Shown here in pieces: positions 1 to 12,300 of a stretch of 64,000 bases of DNA. A model generated the notes under the pieces. It ran no database searches, had not been told where the DNA came from, and worked only from the letters and a program-made list of their open reading frames with translations. This DNA is from Octopus sinensis. Taxonomy: Eukaryota. Positions within the stretch are counted from its first letter, which is position 1. Each line of letters opens with the position of its first letter. The stretch covers positions 21,948,001 to 22,012,000 of the forward strand of contig NC_043014.1 in NCBI RefSeq assembly GCF_006345805.1. Direction: 5' to 3'. Both the position numbers and the translations under genes were made by a program.

Positions 1-307
1 CAGTTGTATAGTGACCTGAGTGAAACAATAATGAATGATAAATAAGACTGAGTTATTGTTCAATGTATATGTTTGCATTGCCATCTCTAGGCATAACTGC
101 CTAGCAGTTGAATATTCTCGCTGTTAGTTTATTTCGCTAGCTACTCACCCACCCGCCTACTCATCCATCCATCCATCCATCCATCCATTTGCTTGTTTGT
201 CCATCTGTTTGTCTATCCGTCTATGTGTTTATCTATCTGCCTGCCTGCCTGCCTAGTTGTCCCTGTGTCCGTCAGTCAGTTCGTTCGCCTGTCCGTCCGT
301 CCGTTCC

Positions 308-436
<129 letters not shown>

Positions 437-659
437 TGTTCTCCAGTGGCGTTTTAGATTAGCATGGAAATGGAATACATTGTTTTTTTTTTATGCAAAA
501 GAAGAAAGAGTTAGCTAATATTTCGATCGTACGTTGAGCTATCTTCAGAGCAGTGTAGTAAAAATGGAGTAAATATTAGCGGACGTATCAATTAAAATGT
601 TGCTAAAAGAAAACAAATGAATGTTTGATATGAACGAAAAATGGGTGGTCAAATGACTG

Positions 660-1494
660 GATGATTTCAGACTGTTTTAGGAGAAGCAGTTATAACTGCC
701 TTAGATTATTGTAGTTTTAGTATATCATCACCATTACGTCTAATAAGCTAGCCTAACAACTTTTGTTATTCCAGATTAGATGAGACAGCTGTAACAGCAC
801 TTTGAACACACCCTACTAAACATTGCTCGTCACAATGAGCAGAACGCAGTCGGGAGAAGACAGTTTGGAAGCTCGCTGTGCAATTAAGTTTTGTTTTAAA
901 CTTGGTAAAAACGCTACGAGAACTTATGAAATACTCCATACTACTTATGGATTAACTTGTATGAGCCTGTTTTCGCTGGCACAAACAACCAGACAAAGCA
1001 TGTCCGCCATAAATCTAATGATGACCCCCTTTTTCGACAGTAAGGGCATCACCTACATCTACTGGTTCCTTCTGGCCAGACGGTCAACAAAGAATACTTT
1101 GTGGATGTTTTGAGGGAGTTCAGGAAGAGATTTCATCGCAAAAGACCAGAGCACCTGCACAATTCACCAGTCTATAATTCCATTCTTGTATCCAACTATT
1201 TAACAGAGATGGGTATCAAAACTGTGCATCACCCTCTCTACAGTCGTCCAGGCCTTACTCCCCATGACTTTTGGTTGTTCCCCAAACTGAAGAAGACGAA
1301 AGAGGCTGTTACAAGAGTTCTGGACACCTTCACTTTGGAGGACTTCTCGAGGTGAGGGTGACTTCACGAAGTGGCTGGAGGTGCTATAACAAGTGCATTG
1401 AAATCAGAGGATCCTAGTTTGAAGGAGATTAGAGCTTTGTACCACTTTGAAATGTCTCTCATGAAAATGTCTGGAAACTTTTGGAATGCACTTT
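660..1494 (+). mobile_element. Decayed, internally deleted mariner (Tc1/mariner) transposon
   Basis: ORF fragments EARCAIKFCFKLGKNATRTYEIL (N-terminal HTH) and KTVHHPLYSRPGLTPHDFWLFPKLK (YSPDLAP-like motif); same family as 4750-5557. Ends approximate. Confidence 0.75.
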
Positions 1495-1744
1495 GAAATT
1501 ATGACGGGCAGGAGTTTGAGGAGAGGTGGTTGTGATATCGTTGATGGCGTGAGAAGTAAAAGTTATGACGAAGCTACTGATGTTTCTTAGTCTCCTATTC
1601 GTAACTTGTTTTGGTTCTTATTTGTTGATATTTTACCATATATTTAATTAATGAGCGTGGTGGGATGACACAATCAGTATAATTATTAGGTACAATGCTC
1701 TGCACTATTAAGTTACTTCCCTTAATGTTTTGAGCTCTTTAAGG

Positions 1745-2135
1745 TGGCCAATCTTTGACACGCCTGGCAAAATGTTTAGCGGTATTTCGTCTGCCGCTAC
1801 GTTTGGAGTTCAAATTCCGCCGAGGTCGACTTTGCCTTTCATCCTTTCGGGGTCGATTAAATAAGTTCCAGTTACGCACTGGGGTCGATATAATCGACTT
1901 AATCCGTTTGTCTGTCCTTGTTTGTCTTCTCTATGTTTAACCCCTTGTGGGTAGTAAAGAAATAGGTATTTCACCCGTCTTTACGTTCTGGGTTCAAATT
2001 CCACCAGAGACGAATTTGCTTTTCATCTTTACAGGGTCGATAAAATAAGTGTCAGTTGAATATGGAAGTTGATGTAATCGACTTACCCCCTCCCCTCAAA
2101 ATTGCTGACCTTGTACGAAATATGAAACCAATATT
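1745..2135 (+). mobile_element. tRNA-derived SINE, dimeric form
   Basis: Head ...AAATGTTTAGCGGTATTTCGTCTG...GAGTTCAAATTCC (B-box-like), repeated after an internal GTTTGTC...CCCCTTGTGGGTAGTAAAGAAATAG linker; several homologues in the window. Confidence 0.8.
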
Positions 2136-2267
2136 TTGAGTTCTTATCTCGCCAAGGTCAACTTTACTGTTCACCCTTGCGAAGTCGAAGATGTAAGGTA
2201 CAAATTAAGTAATCGATTACTTTCTCCTCCATAATATTTAACCGTGTATTTATGTAACACCTGAAAG

Positions 2268-2430
2268 AGCGGTGGACTGGTAGAATCGATCTGAGTTCAA
2301 ATCTGATTGAGGTCAACTTTGCTTTTTATCCTTTCGAGCTTAAATAAGTACCAGTCGAGCACTAGGGTCAATGCAATGGACTACACCCCACCTTAATATT
2401 ACTGGCCTTGTGCCAAAATTAGAAAGAATC
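2268..2430 (+). mobile_element. tRNA-derived SINE, diverged monomer
   Basis: GGTGGACTGGTAGAATCG...GAGTTCAAATC...GGTCAACTTTGC...TAAGTACCAGTCGAGCACT...GGCCTTGTGCCAAAATTAGAAAG. Confidence 0.65.
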
Positions 2431-3089
2431 AATATTATTCAACATTTGGCAGCTTCAGTCAAATTTCTACTGCATCAACTGCTACACCTCCGTGTTGCTG
2501 GGGTGTGTGCAGTGTTGTGTGTTCTTTTTTGTCGTTGAAGGAATGTAAACTCTTCCCGATATTTGTTTTGTTATGGGGTCTGGTTGCAGTTTTTGTTGTA
2601 TTAGTATTTGTATTGGGTGTTATGTATGTAATGCGAGTTGTGTTGTTCTGTTGGGTATCTAGCCTGTTGGTGATTGTTTATTTTATTAGATATTTGTTGT
2701 ATTGAGTGGGTCATGTGTTTGTGGATTGTTTTGTTTGGGTTGTATTATTTATAATATTTATTATTTTCTTTTTTAACTATATGAATTCTTGGAAATGAAT
2801 AATAATGTTCTTGGAAGAGGGGTGTAGCAAAAGAGAGTGAAAGAGAATTCGATAGAAATAAATGGGGTTAGCTATGGCAATGTCATATTCCAGTTGAAAA
2901 TTTGTCGACTGTTCTGATAAAATTCAAATATACTGAAAGAAAAATTAGCGAAAACAAGAACAAAAACAACAATGACGAGATCAAAAAGAAAACATTGTTT
3001 ACTTTTGTGACGACCTGTGAATGGATCACACAGTTATGTGATGGTGATTGAGAATATACATAAAAATATAAGTGAATCATGAAACTTCC

Positions 3090-3480
3090 AATGGAAGAAG
3101 TAAATAGCAACCAGAAAAAAAAACATAAAACAAAAACAAATAAGAAAAAAAACAACTGTGAAAGAGAAAAAGCTGCAGTATACAAGTCCAGCACGAGTTA
3201 AAAAATGTCTGCTGGGTTTATAACGACGGGGAAACGTGAGACTAATGAGATGGAGGCCAGGAGAGAGGCTGCTTCTATTTGCACATCTCAAGATTTCGTT
3301 GTAATCCTAATATATTTAATAGAATACGAGTAACTCAAATACACGTCACCAATGTGCCATCCCATAGAGACATGGCTACAGTAGTGGCAATAGTGGAGGA
3401 TCACGAAGAGCTTGTAAACCCTAGTAGTAGTAGAAGGAAGATAGGCAAAGTGCGACGTTATATCGTAAAATAGATCACCC
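3090..3480 (+). mobile_element. Possible Tx1-clade ORF1 relic
   Basis: Degenerate translation (VKKCL..., VTQIHVTNVP) resembles the ORF1 segments at 60230-60425 and 9858-10000. Confidence 0.4.
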
Positions 3481-3825
3481 AAATGTTTTCTATCCTATGA
3501 AAGAGAAAAGAATAGAATACCTTTTCCTATCATTGCTACCAAATCCGAAACAACTACAACCAAAACATCAGTGGCAGAAAGAACAACAACCACCACAACA
3601 AGGGCGGCCGTAATAACGATTACAATGGCTACACACTTGAATGGTACTTTATTTTAGCAAGACGGCGTTGGGAGGAATGAAGAAAATAATCTTCATACTG
3701 GTGCCTAACTCGAATAGTTACAACAATGCGAACACCAGTAAATGGAGGGTCTATCTGATGGGCTTCCGCACTGTCTCCGTTCATTAAATTTCACACGTAA
3801 TGCTTTGGTCGTTCGTAGGATATAG

Positions 3826-4637
3826 TATTGGGTTGAGAAATAATTCCTGAGCGTTTTTTTCCAAATTTAAAAATGCACGCAGAAATAAAATGCATTGGCA
3901 AAATGTTTTATGTTATTTGAAAGAGAGTTTTTTGTTCTACAATAGTGTGTTTTGATATTTTAAAATTTTATTGATTTTTGTGTATTTTCAGATCATTAAA
4001 ATGGAATGTCAAGTGAACAAAACTAAGCATTTTCGACACCATTTGCTTTTTGCATTTGGTCGAGGTGTTAAGCCCGCCGAAGCTGCGCGTGAGATTTGTG
4101 CTGTGTATGGAGAAGGGGCAACGTCTTAATGTACCGCCCGCCGTTGGTTTTCGCGCTTCAAAAATGGGAATTTTGACCCCAAGGACTGATCACACACCGG
4201 TGAACCAATTGAGGATTTTAGTGAAGGAGTTAATCCATTCGCTCTTTATCGAACTCAATTGGTCGACCGGTGTGTGATCCGTCTTTGAGGTCAAAATTCC
4301 CATTTTTGAAGCGCGAAAACCAATGGCTGGAGGTAATTTGAGGCATTGCCCCTTCTCCATACACAACACAAAACTCACGCGCAGCTTCGGCGGGCTTAAC
4401 ATCTCGATTAAATGCAAAAAGCAAATGGTGTCGAAAATGCTCAGTTTTGTCCACTTGACATTTCGTTTTAATGATCTGAAAATGCACACAAAAATCAATA
4501 AAATTAAAAAATCAAAGCACTTTCTTGTAGAGCAAAAATTCTCTTTCCAATAACATTTTGCCAATGCGTTTTATTTCTGCGTGCATTTTTAAATTTGAAA
4601 AAAAAAACACGCTTATGAATTATTCTTCAATTCAATA
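3826..4637. mobile_element. Palindromic mariner-derived MITE: two inverted copies of the left end of a mariner
   Basis: Arms ~3826-4215 and ~4254-4637 are inverted copies. Each carries the TIR plus the transposase start (MxCQVDKTEHFRHHLLFAFNRDVKPAEAAREFCVVYGEGA...WFSRFKNGNFDLKD). Flanked by TA and inserted in a SINE (…TATAG|TA|GAAGACACTTGCCC). Confidence 0.85.
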
Positions 4638-4749
4638 GAAGACACTTGCCCAACATGTGCAATATGATCGAACCCGAGACCACGAAATAGTGAAGAGAAT
4701 CTCTAATCACATAACCGTATCTGCTCTCAGAAACGCACGCGCATGTACA

Positions 4750-5557
4750 TACGAAGTGCATTCCAGAATTTTTCAGACTTTTTTTAGGAGATGCAGTTAT
4801 AACTGTCTTAGATTATTGTGATTTTAGTGTATTATTACTATACATCTGATATGCTGACTTGCCAACTTTTGTTATTCTTTGAACACACTCTGTTAAACAC
4901 TGCTTGTCACAGCTGACCAGTTTGCGGTATGCAGTTGGGACGTGATGACCACTTGGAAGCTCGTTTTGCAATAAAATTTCGTGTTAAATTGGATAAAAAC
5001 TCCACAGAAACTTATGAAATTCTCCAGAGTGCTTATGGATTAACTTTTTCACTGACACAAAAGGTTCAAAGACGGTAGAGAGGAGGTGAGAGTCGATGAA
5101 TGATGTGGAGAGAAAGGGACATCAAAACATCAGAGGTGGTTGAGAAAATTCATCATTTTCTGGATGAAGACCATCGTGTATCTATAAAGAGAATAAGCAA
5201 ACAGTTTGGAGTTAGTGAAACAGCTGTAAACAAAATTATTCATGCTGATCCGAACATGCGTAGAATCTGTGCAAAGTTTGTTCCCAGGGTGCTCCATGTG
5301 ACTTTTGGTTATTCCCTAAGCTGAATGATAACCTCAGGTGCAGTCATTTTTAAGATGTAGGAGGCTATGGTAAGGGACCTGGACACCTTCACTTTGGAGG
5401 ACTTCCGCAGGGCCCTTCACAAAGCCGCTATGGCACTAGAACAAATGCATCGAGGTCAGAGGATTCTATTTCGAAGGAGATTAAAGTTTTGTATTCTTTT
5501 GCAATTAATAAATGTCTCTTCTGAAAAAGTCTGAAAACTTCTGTAATGCATCTTGTA
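4750..5557 (+). mobile_element. Internally deleted mariner transposon
   Basis: TIR-like ends TACGAAGTGCATTCCAGAATTTTTCAGAC and GTCTGAAAACTTCTGTAATGCATCTTGTA; ORF piece DEDHRVSIKRISKQFGVSETAVNKIIHADPNMRRICAKFVPRVL (WVPREL-like). Confidence 0.8.
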
Positions 5558-5574
5558 TATAGCCGAGTGTGTGC

Positions 5575-5609
<35 letters not shown>

Positions 5610-5667
5610 CGCGCGCGCGCGTGTGTGTGCGCGAGTGTGTTTGAGAATATAAGTGGTTTGCTGTCAC

Positions 5668-5752
5668 CTTGGCACCCTTTACTCAGTTTTGGAATTGCAT
5701 AGGGATTTCTGCCGTAATCTGCTTGGTAGGTGGTCTTGAAGTAACCATCAAA
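5668..5752 (-). CDS. CFAP68: CFAP68/C11orf1-like ciliary microtubule inner protein, exon 2
   Basis: TTTACAG acceptor at 5754-5753, then FDGYFKTTYQADYGRNPYAIPKLSKGCQ, matching human C11orf1 FGHYFETTYDTSYN as recalled; phase 0 joins exon 1. Donor at 5667 (CAAG|GTGACA) is uncertain; an alternative GTAAAG donor lies at 5682. Confidence 0.75.
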
Positions 5753-6489
5753 CTGTAAATATAAAGAAAACATAATATAGAAAACATGCCAGAACATTGG
5801 ACAAATATAGAAAATAAATACACGAATTTTCGTTCTAAAATGCTACACAGTTTTACCGAAAGTCCTATCTAAAGTTTGCGGTAATAAAACGGTTAGCACT
5901 TAAAATGTCATTCGCATACCTCATGAAATAGCGGTTTAAGTTTCATACGAGATCTATTTAAAGTATTCTGAAAAACACTTCTAAACTTACATAAGAGGCC
6001 TTACTAATATATTATGGAAAGATCATCTAACGTTTTATGAAAACCCTTTCAAATATCTTTTAAAAGGCCCTACGAATATCTTACGATAGATCTTTTTAAT
6101 ATCTTATACAACAGTCTTGTGAAAGACTCGTGAAAATTTTGGCAAATTTAAAAGAAGATAAGGTCGTTCAACATGTCAATCTGATCCGATTGTACTATTT
6201 GTAAAAATAAACATCCACAATATATTGTGTTTAGAGGGATAGAGAGCTTAATAGATATAGGTAATCGAAGTTGTAATTAGAATGGTTATTTTAGATAGTA
6301 AAAATATGAGGACGTAAACAAAAGGTTAAAACACAATTGCCAGATCAATTCCATAATTAGAGCAAAGCTTTCAAAAGTAGCTGAAAAAAAAAAAAAAAGT
6401 AAAAGGATAGCCTGTAAGTTAGTTCTGATTATTCAGTTGATAATTTAATACGACATTCAAGATGATTTTTCAGATATTTTTCACATGTT

Positions 6490-6658
6490 TCAGTCATTTG
6501 ATTGCAGCCATGCTGGGGCACCGCTTTGAACGGTTTTAGTAGAAATAAACGACCCCAGAACTTATATTTTAAAGCGTGGTACTTATTTTATCGCTAAGTT
6601 ACGGGGACGTAAACCTCAACACCGGTTGTCAAGCGGTGGTGGGGGACAAACACAAAGA

Positions 6659-6693
<35 letters not shown>

Positions 6694-6816
6694 ACGGTGG
6701 GCTTTTTTTTAGTTACCAAAATCACTCAAACTTTGGTCGGTCCGAGGTTATAGAAGACACAAGGTGCCTGCAGTGGGACTAAACCCGGAACCATGTGATT
6801 GAGAAGCAGGCTTCTT
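6490..6816 (-). mobile_element. SINE interrupted by the ORF1-only element (head remainder at 8287-8330)
   Basis: SINE body resumes across the insertion: minus strand GCTGTATGGTAAGAAGCTTGCTTCC|…|AAGAAGCCTGCTTCTCAATCACATGGTTCCGGGTTTAGTCCC. Confidence 0.75.
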
Positions 6817-8286
6817 TATTTATTTTAAATTGCCTTAAAGGCATTACATAGAGGGGGGCACTACAACACATGTGGGGACACATAACAATTAAAATAAAAA
6901 TATGATGCTCTGAATGACACATGAAAATGAACATGAAAAACATTAAAATCAAAATATTAAAATAATGATATATAAATGATAACTGAGAAATGAGAATATG
7001 AAAAGTGTGTTACCCCACACTGAGTAACACCACTCGCCACCCCTGAGTCCTGAGTCCTCTTTAGTCTTTCGTTTTCCCCATCACTGAGTGACAACACTCT
7101 CTCCTTCGTATACACGTAACCTTTTTTCACTGGGGGAGGGGTCTTGTAAATTTGTGGTGTCTGTTCTTTCCCTTTTTTTTCTTGTGGGGAGAGGAGGTGG
7201 GTGGGTTTGGTGTCTGTATGGGGAGGGTGGGTCTGAGTGATCTTGGTTTGGATGGAGTTGGTCTGGGGTCCCACATCGCACTGACTGTTCTTCCTCTTCT
7301 TTCTCTTTTTCCTTTTATTCTCTGTCACTGTCCATTCATCCTCCTTGTTCCTTCCATCTATCTGTACTTCCTTTTTCTCCTCCGTCACCACCACCGCTTC
7401 TTCTGTCGTTTTCCTCTGCAGAGGGCAGTGCGCTCTAATGTGGTCCTTTTGGCCACATTTAATACATCGTGGGATTCTGCCCTCCACCCACACCCTTAAC
7501 ACAATCTCTCTCAACGTCACCGTCTCCGCCAAACGCTGCAATTGCATCTCCTCTGCCTGTATAAAGTGGTCCAGTGTTTTTCCTCTCCACCCTCCGTTTC
7601 CGTGGATTGGAGGACAGCCACCTCCTCCTCACTTCCAACGAGGACGGCTGCCGCAACCCAAGCCACTTCTATATTAGGGGGAATTCCTTCTGCCCTCGCC
7701 TAGAAGTCTTCCTTCAAAGGTACGTGGGTAGAAGTACCACTTCCTCCATTTTTACAGTTGCACTCGCCAGCCTCTCTGCCTCCTTCGTTATCCTAAACTG
7801 GACAACCACCGTCCCATATCCATTTCCTTTCGCTATGTATGTCACTGCCTTCGAAAGCCCCTTCAAAGCTTTTTCTACTTTTTCCATCTCCATCCGCTCC
7901 ATCTTCCTACTCTCCAGTGAGTACACCTTGTAGGTAATGGTCTACTTTTCTATATTTTCCATAACCCTTTTCGGGGGTAATAACTTTACGTCACCGCCCA
8001 CCTTCAGTGTTATCTTACTCAGATCCTTCAGTCTGGCTAGGTCCACCTCCCTTTCCTTCACTTCTGCAGCTTCAACAAAAATCTTTACTCTTTCCAAATG
8101 CTCGTCTATTCTATTTACCGCCTTAACGAGCTCCTCATCTGCTGAGGACAGCTCATACTCACTAAGGTCCGAATACATTCCTTTCCACTGGTACAACACT
8201 CACCGACAAACCGCAGCCAACCAGATCAAAAAATCCCGTCCGACTCGTCAAAAATCAACACAGCGAATAGACCAACGAATGCGCGG
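6817..8286 (-). mobile_element. ORF1-only Tx1-like non-autonomous retroelement, ~1.47 kb
   Basis: Interrupted ORF1 8199-6957 with a CCHC knuckle (CIKCGQKDHIRAHC), no ORF2, A-rich tail with AATAAA; TSD GAAGCA(G/A)GCTTCTT at 6803-6816 and 8287-8300. Confidence 0.8.
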
Positions 8287-9127
8287 GAAGCAAGCTTCTT
8301 ACCATACAGCTACGCCCGAGCCTTGTTCATCTTTTTTTTCAGTTTTAAAATAAACGAAAGTTGATCCCAACCCCTACTTTAGTTGTTGATGGAGGTTACT
8401 CTTAAAATCACTCTTTAACGTGTGATTGCTTTATGACATACTGTAAAGAGGCAATGCATTTTCTACAAATATGTCAATCCCGATTCATCAGCTGTCTTTT
8501 TAAGTGTTGCTGTTTTGCACCAAAATTCTGACGTGTCGATGAGAATTACTTCAGGACATATACTATGAGCCAAAGCTATCGGAGAACTACAAATGACAGG
8601 CAAGTCTAACTTAAATTCTTGTGGCGATTTAAAATGTTTTTTAAAGATTGCAATATTTTTAGATTCAAGAGTGTTTTGATGCCTGTCTAAAAAAAGCTAA
8701 GACATATTCTTTGTACCTTTCTTTGATCCTGGGAAATGTTTTCATCAAACTTTACTGGTCAAAACGTTCTAACCTTGTAGGAAACAGATATTTAATGTCT
8801 AAATTCGATTCAAGATTAAAGGTGCAGGATGTATGATGTATTTAAGGTACTTTGGTGATTCGCCATGTCTTTTTTGGAAGAGCAAATATTTGTTTTCGAA
8901 TTCATTCAGAACAAATCTTGTAAATGTTAAATAAAGTTCATTGGTTGTATCTAGTTACAGCACGTCATTGCATTGTACATTTTGCAACCAGAGAAGGCCA
9001 TTTGAACATGTAATTTTAGGACATCCCACTGACTAAAAATTGTTTTTGCGCAGTTACTTCTCGTTGAAAATGGAATACTTATCAATGGTTCCTCACCATT
9101 GTTGATTAATTTATATATTTTCATATG

Positions 9128-9362
9128 AAGGCGGCGAGCAGGTAGAATCGTTAGCACGCCGGGCGAAATGCTTAGCGGTATTTCGTTTGCTGCTACGTTC
9201 TGAGTTCAAATTCCGCCGAGGTCGACTTTGCCTTTCATCCTTTCGGGGTCGATTAAATAAGTACCAGGTACGCACTGGGGTCGATATAATCGACTTAATC
9301 CGTTTGTCTGTCCTTGTTTGTCCTCTCTGTGTTTAGCCCCTTGTGGGTAGTAAAGAAATAGG
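9128..9362 (+). mobile_element. First half of a dimeric SINE; second half resumes at ~14167-14335 after the LINE
   Basis: GGCGGCGAGCAGGTAGAATCGTTAGCACGCCGGGCG head; linker ends AAAGAAATAGG, and the expected TATTT(C/T)GTCTGCC continuation appears at ~14170. Confidence 0.8.
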
Positions 9363-12300
9363 CAATTATTATTGGAGTGCGTCTGTATAGTGCAGGTTTC
9401 TATTGACTGTTATAATTATTTGTGAGATAGTCTTCGTTCGAAAACTATCGTGTGTTTTTTCCTGTGGGGAAACATTAATTGCTGGCAAGATGCCGAAAAG
9501 TGTAACTTCGTCTGACGAAGAGTCGTCAACCGACAGGGAGGCAAAAAAGATTGAAAGTTTAATATTTGGCGCTGTTTCGGATTCTTCTTAAAGTGAATTT
9601 CCCCAACCATCAACGTGCACTGTTGCAAAGAGGAATATTGACGTGAAAAGCCTTCAAACAGAAGAAAATAGACAAAAAAGAAGTGTTGCGTCGGCGGCTG
9701 GAGGTAGAACCCGCCAGCTGTCGACAAACAAAAATGACTTGATAACGTACAAAGATATAACAATCGAAGACGGTGTTGTGAAAGAACTATTAATATTAGA
9801 AAAAAGAAAAACAATTATTTTTAAATCTTACTGTCTAAAAGGAAAAAAATTGATCGAGTGAGCGAAGAGAAAGTTGATAAGTGCTTGAAACCCATCTGGC
9901 AGGATATCACATACCTAGCCAGAGGGAAGAAGTTTGGTACTATCGAAATACAACTAAAAGATATAGAAACTGCACAAATGCACTCAGTTAAATCTTTAGA
10001 AACGGAGGACGTCAAAGATATGTATACCAAGGGTCCCACCCCAAGTCGACCCTATGTGGTTGATGGCGGCAGTCCTGGCAAAAAAAGAAGTTAATATAAC
10101 ACTCCTTCAGGGTACTGTCACAGAAAAAGCTTACTGGACTGGTCAAACGGTTCACCTCCTAATACAAGCAGAAAAGTCAATTTTAGAACAGTTACAGGAG
10201 AAAATAGAAATTGGGGAGGAATTCCTTTACGTATTCGTCGAGGGGCATAAGCACCGATGTTTCCAGTGTGGTCAGCTGGGCCATATAAAAAAAACACTGT
10301 AGAGACGGCGAGGAAGAATCCGATGGTGAGGAAGAGGAGGAGGAGAGAGAGAGAAACAGAAGAAAAGAAAGCAACTAACAACAAGAGAAAAATGGAAAGT
10401 TCAAATCAACAAAAACAGGTCGAACTAAGAAAAAAAAAACTGCGAAAAGAGACAAACCAGAAATAGTAAGGAAGGAAGCAGAAGACAGAGGGATAGTTGC
10501 ATTATACAGCAAAAATGAAGATTTAATGAGAGAAATAAAAGCAAAAAACATCAGCCACTAGGATTGCAGAACTTTCTGATAAATATAAGAACTACGAGTT
10601 CTACGAAATGGATAAAAAGACTCATAATGTTATAAAACCTATAGAAAGTCGGTGTCGATGATGAGATTGGATTTTAATCAATCCATTTTTAAAGACCTGC
10701 CACCTCCGACCCTATGTCAAGAAAAGGTGGAGAGTCCCTCTCCACAGGACACCCAGGATTAAATATGTAAGTAATGTCTATTCACATTGGTTGTGTAAAT
10801 GTTCGTGGCCTGATGTCTAGCTGGAAGCAAGGACGCTTTCTAAATGACATCAGGTCAAGAAAATTGGATGTGATTGCTGCAACGGAAACCTGGGTGAAGG
10901 GGCCAAGAGATCTGCTCCCCCCTCCTGAACGGCTATGAGAAATATGTTTCTCTGAGTCGGGCGGGAGGTGGGGGGTAGGGTGTCGGTCATACTAAAAAGA
11001 AACTGGGTAGCCGAGAAAAAGTTTTCTTTTTCTGATCCAGAAGGCAGGCTGGTCGTTCTCGACCTGATATTCAGTTGTGGCAAGATAATCAGGTTGGTTG
11101 CAATTTATGCACCCAACGTTATGGGCCCGCAAAATGAATATTTTAGTGACCTGAGCAAGTTCCTGGCCACGTCGCATTCGCTAGTACTGCTAGGAGACTT
11201 TAACACAATCTCTGACGCACACACAGATTGTGTTGGCTCGAACATGAATAGAAAATGTGACTCTGGCTTACGGGATCTGCTAAGTCACTTTCAGCTGGCA
11301 GATCCATATAGGTTGGAATGCCTGAACACTCCACAGTGGACGTGGTCAAATATTTTCCAGAAAATATATAGATAGGGTTTTAATTAGAAAAACAGATAAG
11401 TCCATAGCTAACTGCCCAGAGTTTTATCTAGTTAGCTACAGTGACCACAAACCGACAGTAGATAAGTTGCATAGACAAGGATCTGGCTACTGGAAACTCA
11501 ATAGTCCCTTTTGGCGATTGAAGAATACAGAAAGCGGACCGAGATGTTAATACAGAGGGTATTGACAGGTACCACCATTAATAACAAATGGTAATACGCC
11601 CTAAAAAGAGCCATAAAATATGAGTTTATTAGGTTTAGCATAAGTTTAGCTAAGAAGGGACGTAGAATAAGAGATGGTCTAGTTAAGGAACTAGAAGAAG
11701 CCTGGAGGACTGGTAATGCGGACCAAGTGAAGGTGAAGAGACTGGAGTTGAACCAGCATCTTGAAGCCCAACACATGGGAAGTATTGCCAGAGCTTAGTT
11801 ACGTTCGATGGGAAGTGAAGGAATCAAGGCCGCTGGATGGGCCCGAGTGCTGGAAGCTCGACAAGGAAATAGTTCCACTATTCGGTCTTTGACAAATCAA
11901 AATGGTGTCTTGGTAAACGAACCCAAGGAAATGTGTGAGGTCTTTCGGGAGTACTTCGCCCAGCTGTTCGGGGTGATGGCAGTCCTGATGGTGGGGGAAT
12001 CCTCGAGGACTTTCTTGCCGGGCTGCCGTGCCTCTCGGGGTCGGATGCGGAGTCTTGCAAAGGGCCGATTACGCCTGTGGAGGTGATGGAGGCTATGACC
12101 GACTGTAAAGCGGGTAAGTCGCCGGGACTTGATGGTCTTTCGTACGAGTTGTATATATGTATGCCAGACTTGTTCGGGCACCTACTGGCTGAGGTGTACG
12201 CTAACTGGCAACAGAATGGGTTTATCTCCAGATCTGTGCGCCGGGGAGTAGTGACTTTGGTCAGAAAGAACTCGGACAAGGGGGACGTTTTAGATAACTT

